Assembly (NCBI GenBank): GCA_038227875.1
Contig: JBBRPR010000111.1
Coordinates: 1-14,328 of the forward strand
From: Planctomycetota bacterium
GTDB taxonomy: Bacteria > Planctomycetota > SZUA-567 > H5-PLA8
Length of the DNA stretch: 14,328 nt
Direction of reading: 5' to 3'
Of the stretch, positions 6,312-14,328 are shown piece after piece. Position numbers and translations under genes: made by a program. Under the pieces are notes generated by a model, which made no database searches, had not been told where the DNA came from, and saw only the letters and a program-made list of their open reading frames with translations. Every line of letters starts with the position of its first letter. Positions within the stretch are counted from its first letter, which is position 1.

Positions 6312-7901
6312 TCACTCCAAATCCATCTGCGTAGCGTTTCGCACTTCATCCAGAGTCGTAATACCCTGCGCAACCTTGCGCAGTCCGTCGCGACGGAGCG
6401 TCAACATGCCACGCTCGATGGCAACGCGTTTGATGTCGCTGGCAGCGGCACGCGACGAGATCAGGCCGCGAATCGCATCGTTCATGAACAAGAATTCGTA
6501 GATGCCGATTCGTCCGGAGAATCCCGTGTTAAAGCACGAATCACATCCGACGCTGTGCATGAGAGACGTGCAGTTCATGCTCTTCAGAAAATCCATCTCG
6601 GGCAGAAGCCATCCCGACGCATTCTCCGATTTCCAATCCACGTCTTTCCGCACGGCACACTTCGGGCATAAGCGACGTACCAGCCGCTGCGCGATCGTGG
6701 CATTTAGTGAACTCGCGACCAGAAAGGGCTCAACGCCAAGGTCTAAAAGACGAGTGACACTGGACGGCGCATCGTTGGTATGGAGCGTCGAGAGAACGAG
6801 ATGACCCGTGAGTGCGGACTGGATTGCGACGGTCGCGGTTTCCAGATCGCGGATTTCGCCGACCATGATGATGTCGGGGTCTTGGCGAACGAGAGCGCGG
6901 AGCCCGCGGGCGAAGGAGAGTCCTTTTTTCTCGGAGACCTGGGTCTGACAGATGCCGGGAAGCTGATACTCGACCGGATCTTCGAGAGTGAGGATATTCA
7001 AATCAGGAGAGTTCATACCCGAAAGCATGGCGTACAAGCTGGTTGTCTTGCCACACCCCGTGGGTCCGGTGACCAGCACAATCCCATGAGAAAGTCCCAG
7101 GATCTTCTTGATGCGGTCCAAGTCTTCTGCCGCCAAGCCCAGACCTTCGATGGACATTAAGCCGGTGTTTTTGTCGAGCAGACGCATTACCACGCGTTCG
7201 CCGTGAACACTTGGCAATGTCGAGATACGCAGATCCACCCGGCGTTCGCCGATGCGGATCGTAACGCCGCCGTCCTGGGGCAGCCGGCGTTCGGCGATAT
7301 CCATGCGGCCCATGACTTTAATACGGCTGGCAATGGCATCTCGCACGTCGGCTCGCAGGGTGGCGCGTTCGTAAAGAACACCGTCGATACGGAAACGTAC
7401 ACGTATTCCAGTTTCGGATGGCTCGATATGGATGTCTGACGCACGCTGCTTGACCGCCTGTAAGAGCATGGCGTGAACCAGTTTTACCGCTGGCGCTTTG
7501 TCATCGAGTTCGAGAACGTCTTCGGTCAGTGTGATTTCACCGCCATCCGGCGTGTCGGCGGCAAGTTCTTCGGCGATGGACGTGACTTCGCGGGATTCCT
7601 CATGGTACGCGCGGGAAATAAGAACGAGGACATCCTTGCATTCGGCGGGAATGACTTCTACTGCGCAATCCAGCCGGAACGCAATACGGTCTGCCACCCA
7701 GGCTCGATCCGGAAAACCCGTAGCAAGCGTGTAAGAGACCAGATTTCCTTCAACCTTTTTGGCAACCGCAACAATCGCATGCTCACGCGCAAACCGGAGC
7801 GGGATGCGCTCCAGATATTCGCCCGGTACGGTTAAGCGATCCCATTCCAATGAAGGATTCTTCAGGGATGGCTCCGTTAGAGTTGAAGACTTATCGACCA
7901 T
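6312..7901 (-). CDS. gspE: T2SS assembly ATPase GspE
   Basis: ASDIHIEP, RFRIDGVL, ERRLPQDG, Walker A GPTGCGKT, TLEDPVEY, RQDPDIIMVGEIRD, TGHLVLSTLHTND and a CPKC...CDSC zinc motif. Start ATG 7901 overlaps the gspD end by 11 nt. Confidence 0.96.
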   Translation of the reverse strand: MVDKSSTLTEPSLKNPSLEWDRLTVPGEYLERIPLRFAREHAIVAVAKKVEGNLVSYTLATGFPDRAWVADRIAFRLDCAVEVIPAECKDVLVLISRAYHEESREVTSIAEELAADTPDGGEITLTEDVLELDDKAPAVKLVHAMLLQAVKQRASDIHIEPSETGIRVRFRIDGVLYERATLRADVRDAIASRIKVMGRMDIAERRLPQDGGVTIRIGERRVDLRISTLPSVHGERVVMRLLDKNTGLMSIEGLGLAAEDLDRIKKILGLSHGIVLVTGPTGCGKTTSLYAMLSGMNSPDLNILTLEDPVEYQLPGICQTQVSEKKGLSFARGLRALVRQDPDIIMVGEIRDLETATVAIQSALTGHLVLSTLHTNDAPSSVTRLLDLGVEPFLVASSLNATIAQRLVRRLCPKCAVRKDVDWKSENASGWLLPEMDFLKSMNCTSLMHSVGCDSCFNTGFSGRIGIYEFLFMNDAIRGLISSRAAASDIKRVAIERGMLTLRRDGLRKVAQGITTLDEVRNATQMDLE

Positions 7902-10056
7902 TGTGTTGACCGTTTTCCGGGACTTCAATGATCTCGGCACGGTTTTCGAGCCGCTCGTTAATCTCATTCCTGAACTTGGAATCCCTGGAAAGCTTATCGA
8001 CTTCGTCCTTCTTCTTTTCCGATTCACTTTCAAGATCGGCAAAGGACACGTTGGTAAGAATCTTCGGGCGCACAAACAGGTAGAGCCGACTGACCACTTT
8101 CTGTTTGCTCGTTTTGGAGAACAGATGACCCAATCCAGGCATGTTCATCAGACCGGGGATGCCGCTCTTCAGGTTGTCGGACTCGTCGCGCGTAAATCCG
8201 CCGACGACAATGGTCTGCCGGTCGGGAATACATACTTTCGTGGTGGCGTTGTTGGAAACTTTGGGTGGTGGAATTCCAGCGCCGGCTGGCGGGCCAGTGA
8301 ATTCCTCCACGGTCTGGACGATTTCAAGATTCATGTAGCCATCCGCGGAAATGTGCGGCGTGATTTTCAAGGACGTGGTGGCATCGGCAAATCCGCTGAA
8401 AGAGGTATTCGTGGTTGCCGTTCCCTGGGACGTGGTGACGGTGGGCTGACTGACCTTCGTCGTGAAAGACGCCTCCTCGTTGTCGTTCACCAGCAGGAGC
8501 GGCTGGCTGACGATGGAAACGTTCGACTTGGTGGACAACGCGTTCAAGATCACCTGGAACTTGTCGCCATTCACAAATCGGAAAGCAGAACCGGCAACAG
8601 AACCGATCACCGATTGGGTCGGAAAGCCGCGCAAGGGGACAGTGACGCCGGATGTGCCTGTTCCCGTACCCGTGCCGGTTGTGGTTCCATTGGCCGTACC
8701 GTCGGACTGAGTACCAAGCCCGAACCCGGTTCCGCCGTCAACCTTTCGGTGCGCCGTCAGATCATTGAGCGAAAGAAATTCGGTCCCCAAATCCATAGTG
8801 TCCTGACCTGTTACCTGCACGATTGCCACTTCGATCAGCACCTGACCTTTGCGGCGGTCCAGATTTTGCAGGATGGTTTCTACTTCTCTGTGAACAGAGG
8901 CGTCGCCAGCAACCACGAGCATATTGAGACCTTCCACCGCAACGATGTCGGCGGGTAAGTTGTTGCTGCCATTCTTCTTTGACGTATCGTGATTCTTGAA
9001 CGTAGCGATGGGTTGCACGGCCGCCGGGAGTAATAGCGGAGCGTTTGGGTTTCCCGTGACTGGCGTTGGGGGAAACGCTGGAGCCAGTCGCTCCGGCGCC
9101 GAATGCAAGGGATTCGGGGTTCCCGATTCTTCAGCCGATCGTGACGCCAGCGCAATGCCCAGCAGTTCGCTGACGTAGTCCACCAGTTCTTTGACGGGAA
9201 CATTCTTGAGTTTGTAGTATTTGATGGTGCGTCGTGCCGCTGGTGAATCGACATCCAAGATCTTGAGGAATGCCTTCGCCTGCGTCACTTCGGCATCCGG
9301 TCCCAGCAGATGCAGTATATTCAGCCGTTCGTCTTTGACGACGGAGAGGTGGTCCTTTCCGCCTTCGCCGTTCTTTGCCTTGTTTAACGCCTGCATGTAT
9401 TCGGTGAGCAGACTCTGGGCTCGCTCCACGGGCATGTTGATGATTGTTGCGGGAAAGACAGTGACGGGGTCACCGGGGACGTCCACCAAGGTCAAAATCT
9501 TTTCCATGCGCTTGATGGACGAAGCGACATCGTTAACCATCAGCAATTCGCTGTTGGGAACCTGAAGAACGGTGCCAGTGGCAGAAAGTTCGGGCGTGAG
9601 GATCGCAATCACCTTCGTCGCCGGAACGTTCTGCAACTTCACCAGGTAAGACATCATAGCATCGCCAGCGGGGAGTGTTTCGCCTCGAACGATCACGGGC
9701 TGTGCGCCAGGCTCTTTCTGTGCGCCTTGGGCCGCGACGATTTTCTCCAGATTGATTCCCGAGCCTTCCACCGGAATGATCACGAAGCCATTAAGCTGGC
9801 AGACGGATTGAAACACGCGGTAGAATTCGGACGGGGTGATGGGCGTATCGCTTTGCAATGTCACGCGCTTGGAGCGGAGCAGGTTATCGTCAAACAGGAA
9901 GGTGCGTTTGGTTACGCGTTCAACCTGTTTGGCGACGGTAGCCAGGTCCAGTCCAGCCAGGTTGATCTTGATTTTCGCGTCGTCATCCGCAGCGCGAACG
10001 CCCGGTAGTCCGGCCAGCACGATGGCGAAAAGACACGCTGATATACACGCTTTCAC
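7891..10056 (-). CDS. gspD: T2SS outer-membrane secretin GspD
   Basis: Sec-type signal peptide (..GVRA/ADD), N0 domain and three N1/N2/N3-like repeats. The secretin core includes QVLIEVAIVQV, SQPLLLVNDNEEASF, LKITPHIS and GIPGLMNMPGLGHLF...LYLFVRPKIL. Confidence 0.95.
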   Translation of the reverse strand: MKACISACLFAIVLAGLPGVRAADDDAKIKINLAGLDLATVAKQVERVTKRTFLFDDNLLRSKRVTLQSDTPITPSEFYRVFQSVCQLNGFVIIPVEGSGINLEKIVAAQGAQKEPGAQPVIVRGETLPAGDAMMSYLVKLQNVPATKVIAILTPELSATGTVLQVPNSELLMVNDVASSIKRMEKILTLVDVPGDPVTVFPATIINMPVERAQSLLTEYMQALNKAKNGEGGKDHLSVVKDERLNILHLLGPDAEVTQAKAFLKILDVDSPAARRTIKYYKLKNVPVKELVDYVSELLGIALASRSAEESGTPNPLHSAPERLAPAFPPTPVTGNPNAPLLLPAAVQPIATFKNHDTSKKNGSNNLPADIVAVEGLNMLVVAGDASVHREVETILQNLDRRKGQVLIEVAIVQVTGQDTMDLGTEFLSLNDLTAHRKVDGGTGFGLGTQSDGTANGTTTGTGTGTGTSGVTVPLRGFPTQSVIGSVAGSAFRFVNGDKFQVILNALSTKSNVSIVSQPLLLVNDNEEASFTTKVSQPTVTTSQGTATTNTSFSGFADATTSLKITPHISADGYMNLEIVQTVEEFTGPPAGAGIPPPKVSNNATTKVCIPDRQTIVVGGFTRDESDNLKSGIPGLMNMPGLGHLFSKTSKQKVVSRLYLFVRPKILTNVSFADLESESEKKKDEVDKLSRDSKFRNEINERLENRAEIIEVPENGQHNGR

Positions 10057-10096
10057 TCGGTGTTCCCCCCTGCTTCACAACGAAGTGCTACATCGC

Positions 10097-10654
10097 TTAA
10101 GGATTGCGCTGACCCCTGGAATCTTCGGCGACTACCGGCGCATCGCCGTTGTTCGCTGTCGGCGGAATCTCAGCACTTTCGCCGCCGTTTACGCTCAATG
10201 TCACCGCCTTGCCGTCGTAGTTGAACGTTACTGTCGAGTCGATCTTCGCCACCGTCGCACCGACGCCCTCGACAGTCTCCCCTGTTTTGTAATTGTTAGT
10301 TTTGTTGAGCCGGATGGATTCGATGATCGCTTCAGTGGTTTTGGGATCCCCGAAGTCCATGATGCCCTTTACTCGAATCATGGAACTCAGCGGCGGGGCT
10401 GCCGGTTTGGAGATGGTTTCAATAATGACTGCGCCGGCTTTGGACATCTTCAGATCTGAGAGCTTTGCCAGCTTGGGATCCACGGGGACCTTTGCTGCGG
10501 TCTTTTTGGATTCGGAGCGGGTCAAAGATTCTGCTGGAGTTGCGGTCGCACGATAGTTCGCAGCCTTGACGCCCAGAACAATCGCCAGCGTCATCAGCAG
10601 AACAGCAGCGGCATTTAATATCTTTCGAAGGAGCGCCTCAAGTCCCCGTGTCAT
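10097..10654 (-). CDS. gspC: GspC-like protein (N-terminal TM, HR-type beta domain, no PDZ)
   Basis: Single N-terminal TM and linker, then VKGIM...EAIIE...YKTGETVEG..VAKID..VTFNYDGKAVTL resembling the GspC/PilP HR fold. Directly upstream of gspD, with an ATGA overlap with gspK. Confidence 0.7.
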   Translation of the reverse strand: MTRGLEALLRKILNAAAVLLMTLAIVLGVKAANYRATATPAESLTRSESKKTAAKVPVDPKLAKLSDLKMSKAGAVIIETISKPAAPPLSSMIRVKGIMDFGDPKTTEAIIESIRLNKTNNYKTGETVEGVGATVAKIDSTVTFNYDGKAVTLSVNGGESAEIPPTANNGDAPVVAEDSRGQRNP

Positions 10655-11676
10655 GGCTCAATCTCCTCGTACGTCAAGAGTTTTAACTGCTGCGCCGTAC
10701 CCGTTTGTGGGCTGACTTCGAAGTACCCAAAGGCCATTCGCCGTTCGCCGTTGATCTCGGCGATTAGGCGTGCCGAAATACAGGCACTTTTGACGGAGAC
10801 GCGATCCTGAACGTTGGTGTAGAGATCGCGAACAATCTGAGTCTGGCCATTCACGGTGGCGCGTTGAACAATCCCGGGTACGAGTTCTAGTTCCTTCGGC
10901 GTCTTAAAGGCCGTAATGGGATCGTTAGACGTATTTTCATTTCCGCGCCAGGATTCAATTTGAGCGACCAGCTCTTCGTTGTATTCGCCATCAAGCGCAT
11001 AGAGCACCGGGGCTGTTGCCGTATTCAGGTTCACCCTGCCGTCACCCCAGGTCGTCAAATAGGCCGATAGTGGCTTCTGCACGACTGTTGCCTCAATGAC
11101 GTTGCCAAAGAGAACGTCTTTACCAAGTCCGGCTTCACGCAGGCCATCCAGGGTATATAGCGCATCCGGCGCTGCTGTGCCGTTATTGATGCCCAGCCGC
11201 GTCTTTAACGCCAGTTCGATCGCATCCCAGCGCTGCGAATTGCCGTCGTCTGATTTCCGCAAATAAACCAACAGCCGCGCCAGGGATTTTCGATAACGCA
11301 CCGCCTCGTCGGATGTGCCCATGGCTTTCAGAACATTGAGTTTCCCAGACTCATCGTTGAGTTGAATCGTGAGGTGCTCACGCTCACCTGTCTCGACCTT
11401 TACCATCCTCGCCCATGGATCAGACGCGGTGTCGTAACCTTGAGTGGATGAGGGGCGCCCCTCAATGATCAATCCTTTCGAAACTTCCAGCCCGGCGTTG
11501 AAGATTCTTCGAAAGCCCGCATCGCGAGTTGTTCGTATGGCTTTAGCGCTGGCCAGGTTTGCGCGATGGGCCAGTTCAACGGCGAGTATGGAAAGTATCG
11601 CTATCGCGCCTAAGACCAGCAGCAGGACTGCGCCACGCGGCCGGGGAGTTGGACTGAGATCCGCAAGTACGTTCAT
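10651..11676 (-). CDS. gspK: T2SS minor pseudopilin GspK
   Basis: RG/AVLLLVL prepilin helix lacking Glu5, YDTASDPWA, DESGKLNV, GRVNLNTATAPVLYAL and F....EL.LVPGI. ATG 11676 overlaps the gspM stop (ATGA). Confidence 0.9.
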   Translation of the reverse strand: MNVLADLSPTPRPRGAVLLLVLGAIAILSILAVELAHRANLASAKAIRTTRDAGFRRIFNAGLEVSKGLIIEGRPSSTQGYDTASDPWARMVKVETGEREHLTIQLNDESGKLNVLKAMGTSDEAVRYRKSLARLLVYLRKSDDGNSQRWDAIELALKTRLGINNGTAAPDALYTLDGLREAGLGKDVLFGNVIEATVVQKPLSAYLTTWGDGRVNLNTATAPVLYALDGEYNEELVAQIESWRGNENTSNDPITAFKTPKELELVPGIVQRATVNGQTQIVRDLYTNVQDRVSVKSACISARLIAEINGERRMAFGYFEVSPQTGTAQQLKLLTYEEIEP

Positions 11677-12191
11677 TTGCCCGCCTCTTTCGGTGCATCC
11701 CTGGGTGCCGGCTTCTCTACGAGCCACCGAACGGCGAGCACAATTTCCGCTTCCTGGTAAGTATCCGCCTTGTCGCCTTTGGGTTTGATGCGGATTTCCT
11801 TGATCCGAGCACCACCGCCCTGGGACTCCAGATCTGCCATAAACGCGACCAATTGCTGATGAGGTACGTTTACGGCGCGTGTCAGCACGATTCGCTCGCG
11901 GACGGACTCGCCGGCATCGCGTTCGTTCTCGCTCAAGTAAAGAATTGAAATTCCGTTCCTGGCACCCGACTCCTGGACCAATTGCTTCAAGTCCAGCTTT
12001 GCGCCGCCAGCGGCATTGGCCCCATACGCCTCCGGATGACTATTGGTTAGGCTTTGGGCTTCATGCAGCAGGGCACGCGACTCGTCCAACTGGGTGCGTG
12101 CCGCGTCATACTCGGCGTACCGACTGCCCGTGAAGACGCTGACGCCAAGAAGGCAGATCACCACCAGGCTGGGAAGGAGTGCTTTGGTCAT
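11673..12191 (-). CDS. gspM: GspM-like bitopic inner-membrane protein
   Basis: N-terminal TM and coiled segment, then LKQLVQESGARNGI and VPHQQLVAFMADLES...RIKEIRI, a ferredoxin-like pattern of GspM/PilO. ATGA-coupled to the gspL-like gene. Confidence 0.72.
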   Translation of the reverse strand: MTKALLPSLVVICLLGVSVFTGSRYAEYDAARTQLDESRALLHEAQSLTNSHPEAYGANAAGGAKLDLKQLVQESGARNGISILYLSENERDAGESVRERIVLTRAVNVPHQQLVAFMADLESQGGGARIKEIRIKPKGDKADTYQEAEIVLAVRWLVEKPAPRDAPKEAGK

Positions 12192-13516
12192 TTTGGCAGC
12201 GCCTCACGTGCCGGCACTGCTGGAGTTCGATAGTCCAGACGCATCCGGACCACCACTTCCGACTCCTTGGTCTCGAATTCCCCGCGAGCGGCTAGGCTTA
12301 AGGACTGGTTGAGCGCAGACTCCAATCCGGCGGCAAATGCCAATGGATCGCCCACGCCGCGTTTAACCCTGCCGTTCATGCGGCCACCGTCTGGCCCCAG
12401 TTGCAGTGACTCCACGGACAAACCCAGTGGCTCAGGATTGGGAAATACTGCCGCTACTTCGCTCCATAGCGTCAGGGCTGAGGGGAATCGGTTCACATCG
12501 GCCGTTTTATTGCGTTGAGCTAGCACCTGCTTCATGCGCGATGCCAGCGTGCCTGCGCGGTACGTTTCTGCGGGAAGCGCTTCTCGCCAGAGCACATTTT
12601 CCTGCTTTTCAGTCGCTGTAATCTCCGATCGCAGGTTTTGCGTCAATTTGTCCAGATAGATGCCGCTAACCAGGATCGCAGCCACTGCCGCCGTAGCACT
12701 GAGAAGCAGCGGTGTTCTCAACAGGGAGAGCGCATTTTTGGGAGCATCTGGAGCGGAGCGCAACAGATTCGCAGACTGTCCGGTCTCGGCCATCGCGGCG
12801 GCCGCAGCCACCGCAAGCAAAGCTGAGACTGTCAGACTTTCTCGCAGTTCGACTGTTGAAGTGTCTGGCTCCGTGCTGGTTGAACCGCGGTCGATCGGAA
12901 ACCATCGCCATGAAACAATTCGTTCCTGGTGGAATTGAAGTTCGGCGGCTTCACCCGCGTCAGCGAACACCAAATTAGCGGCCTGCGACTTTTCCCGCAG
13001 CGAATGCGCAAGCAACGAAGGTGCCGACGAAATGAGATCCAGTTTCGACTCCGGCAGGTGCTCCTTGAGCTGTGCTCGCAGTTTGGCCAGGTCGGCTAGA
13101 GGCATTGAGGCGAGATCGACGACACTGCCTTCAGCCGTCGTGGAAATCAGGCGGACATCGATCGCCAGATCCTCGCTGGTCGAACCCGCGCAACGGCTCT
13201 CCGCCAAGGAGCCGGCGATGGCTTCGACTTCACGCTCTGATCGGTAAGGAACCAGAAAACAATCGCCGCATGCTAAATCCGCGTTGGAGAGCGCGAAGCG
13301 GACGTGAGCATCCTTCCATTCCACAGGCATGGCTTTCAACACCGAACCCAACATCTGGTCAGCGGGCATGCGCGGAGGCCGGGGCCATTGCGCAGAATAG
13401 GCAAGTTGGGGTGTGCGGCCACGGTAGGTCAAACCCACAATGACTAGATTGCGTCTGGAAATTGAGATACCGATGTGTCGTCGCAAACGTTGTCCAATCA
13501 ATATATTTGAGCACAA
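12188..13516 (-). CDS. gspL: GspL-like protein (cytoplasmic actin-like region, TM, periplasmic domain)
   Basis: N-terminal IGISIS beta motif, NLLR before a TM helix, coiled region, and SALTLWSEV...VESLQL...MNGRV. Position before gspM fits. The sequence is divergent and has no ATG start; TTG 13516 or TTG 13486 are the candidates. Confidence 0.65.
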   Translation of the reverse strand: MCSNILIGQRLRRHIGISISRRNLVIVGLTYRGRTPQLAYSAQWPRPPRMPADQMLGSVLKAMPVEWKDAHVRFALSNADLACGDCFLVPYRSEREVEAIAGSLAESRCAGSTSEDLAIDVRLISTTAEGSVVDLASMPLADLAKLRAQLKEHLPESKLDLISSAPSLLAHSLREKSQAANLVFADAGEAAELQFHQERIVSWRWFPIDRGSTSTEPDTSTVELRESLTVSALLAVAAAAAMAETGQSANLLRSAPDAPKNALSLLRTPLLLSATAAVAAILVSGIYLDKLTQNLRSEITATEKQENVLWREALPAETYRAGTLASRMKQVLAQRNKTADVNRFPSALTLWSEVAAVFPNPEPLGLSVESLQLGPDGGRMNGRVKRGVGDPLAFAAGLESALNQSLSLAARGEFETKESEVVVRMRLDYRTPAVPAREALPK

Positions 13517-13544
13517 CAGCTTGTCGGATTAGCCAGGATCATTA

Positions 13545-13572
13545 AGGTTATTCCCGCATTGCCGGAAGTCAA
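13545..13572 (-). promoter_or_regulatory. Candidate sigma70-type promoter for the gsp operon
   Basis: Minus strand TTGACT (13572-13567), 16-nt spacer, TAACCT (13550-13545), just upstream of gspL. Motif match only. Confidence 0.35.
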
Positions 13573-13811
13573 CGACCCTCTGGTGCGCAGATCGTGCGCT
13601 CCGGCAGTGAGCCGTTGCGAACGACCAGGCGGTGGCCGCGCTCGTCGCGTTCCTGAGCGAAACGCTGGATGTATTCTTCCACTTCCATGTCCAGTGCCGC
13701 GGCTAGCATTTTCCGCGCTCCCTCACGCAACATTTCCGTCAGTACATCCGTAGCGGTTCCGCGTCCGCTGGGTTGTTGACCCCCAAACTCCGCTGCCGTA
13801 ACCTCTCCCAT
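13569..13811 (-). pseudogene. IS256-family (Mutator) transposase N-terminal fragment
   Basis: DVLTEMLREGARKMLAAALDMEVEEYI...DERGHRLVVRNGSLPERTI is the typical IS256 N-terminus. Similarity breaks after ERTI (about 13590), and the catalytic domain is absent. Confidence 0.88.
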
Positions 13812-13921
13812 GTGGCGTATCCTTTCTGTCCCGCTGTGGGGCGTTGGTGTTCCTTTGACAGATCACCAAGGATACGCCGCACTTTTCCTCCCGCCCAATC
13901 CACAAGATTTGACAATACCCC
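13590..13921 (-). mobile_element. Truncated IS256-family element (left end only)
   Basis: CACAAGATTTGACAATACCCC (13901-13921) resembles IS256-family termini and lies about 90-110 bp upstream of the transposase ATG. No matching right end is seen. Confidence 0.72.
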
Positions 13922-14139
13922 AAGGACAAAGCCGGCAAGGCAACGTTCTCGGGCGAGGACGTTCCTTCGCGGCGACGATTCAAAATGGCACATGGTGTGG
14001 TATCTGGAACATCGGCCCCAACGCCAACACACCCATGCAAATCGCGGCGACGATCAAGATCGGAAATGCTGCCTACGAAACGATCGTCTCTCCGTCGCAC
14101 ACCACAACCATCCGCGCCGGCGCAAAGTTCTCGAAATGA
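13922..14139 (+). pseudogene. 3' remnant of an unknown gene, cut by IS256 and probably frameshifted
   Basis: From 13922 KDKAGKATFSGEDVP, then in the shifted frame from 13966 FAATIQNGTWCGIWNIGPNANTPMQIAATIKIGNAAYETIVSPSHTTTIRAGAKFSK*. It is protein-like and beta-rich but has no native start. Confidence 0.4.
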
Positions 14140-14190
14140 CGAGCGAAATTCGAAATCCGGATTCTGTGAGCGTGCGAATAAAGTTTGGGG

Positions 14191-14328
14191 GGGGTATCCA
14201 TTTCGAGCAAGTAATCCTACTTTGCCATAGCTGTCGCCTCCGTTCCGCCGAGGAGATTCCGGTAGTATGTCGAGGGCGTAGACGCCGCCTGCTGCATAAG
14301 CCGGTAGAAGAGCAGCCCGCGGGTGGCA
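14191..14328 (-). mobile_element. IS1595-family element, right end (extends beyond window)
   Basis: Transposase C-terminus followed about 25 bp later by GGGTATCCATTTCGAGCAAG, resembling IS1595-family termini. The exact end is ambiguous within the G8 run at 14187-14194. Confidence 0.7.
14217..14327 (-). CDS. IS1595-family transposase, C-terminal end (partial at window edge)
   Basis: ATRGLLFYRLMQQAASTPSTYYRNLLGG...* matches the RG.LFYRL.QQA.....Y..i tail that follows FRFNRR in IS1595 transposases. It is not in the ORF track. Confidence 0.78.
   Translation of the reverse strand, partial: ATRGLLFYRLMQQAASTPSTYYRNLLGGTEATAMAK

Noticed and set aside
7902..8075. N-terminal extensions of GspE (and similarly GspK 11727, GspI 4179, IstA 2913) in the ORF track
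   Set aside because: For the gsp genes they overlap upstream genes, and for IstA the extension uses a TTG next to the IS end. Downstream ATGs with RBS or stop-start coupling fit better.
7759..8958. 399-aa plus-strand ORF
   Set aside because: It is entirely antisense to gspD/gspE with no recognisable motifs, a shadow ORF expected in GC-rich coding DNA.
3134..13516. Type IV pilus or competence system instead of T2SS
   Set aside because: GspG-type major pilin motifs, a clear GspK, a GspD-type N0-N3 secretin without AMIN domains, and no PilT favour T2SS.
13909..13914. Perfect outward-facing TTGACA in the IS256 end as a hybrid promoter
   Set aside because: There is no plausible -10 hexamer 16-18 bp downstream, and it points away from the gsp operon.
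14187..14194. G8 homopolymer as a phase-variation tract
   Set aside because: It is intergenic and partly made of the IS1595 terminus, with no gene or promoter it would plausibly switch.
1..14328. Classical composite transposon carrying the T2SS
   Set aside because: The flanking elements belong to different IS families, and no matching ends or shared target duplication bracket the operon in this window.

Overview
The window holds an apparently intact 11-gene type II secretion system (T2SS) operon on the minus strand (about 3134-13516). Its order is gspL-M-K-C-D-E-F-G-H-I-J, and it has no prepilin peptidase, pilotin or cargo gene. Insertion sequences from four families surround it. On the left, the 3' end of an IS66 tnpC is split by a complete 2836-bp IS21 element (144-2979, istA/istB), and the IS66 right end lies at 3102. 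On the right are a truncated IS256 left end, a frameshifted gene remnant and the 3' end of an IS1595-family element. The least explained signals are inside the IS21. One is an unusually long istA-istB spacer filled with tandem stem-loops, a candidate IS-borne structured RNA or ssDNA element. The other is a set of copies of the terminal-repeat motifs inside the istA coding linker. Secretin features weakly suggest a Planctomycetota-like host (inference only). All family assignments come from motif recognition by eye; no searches were run.
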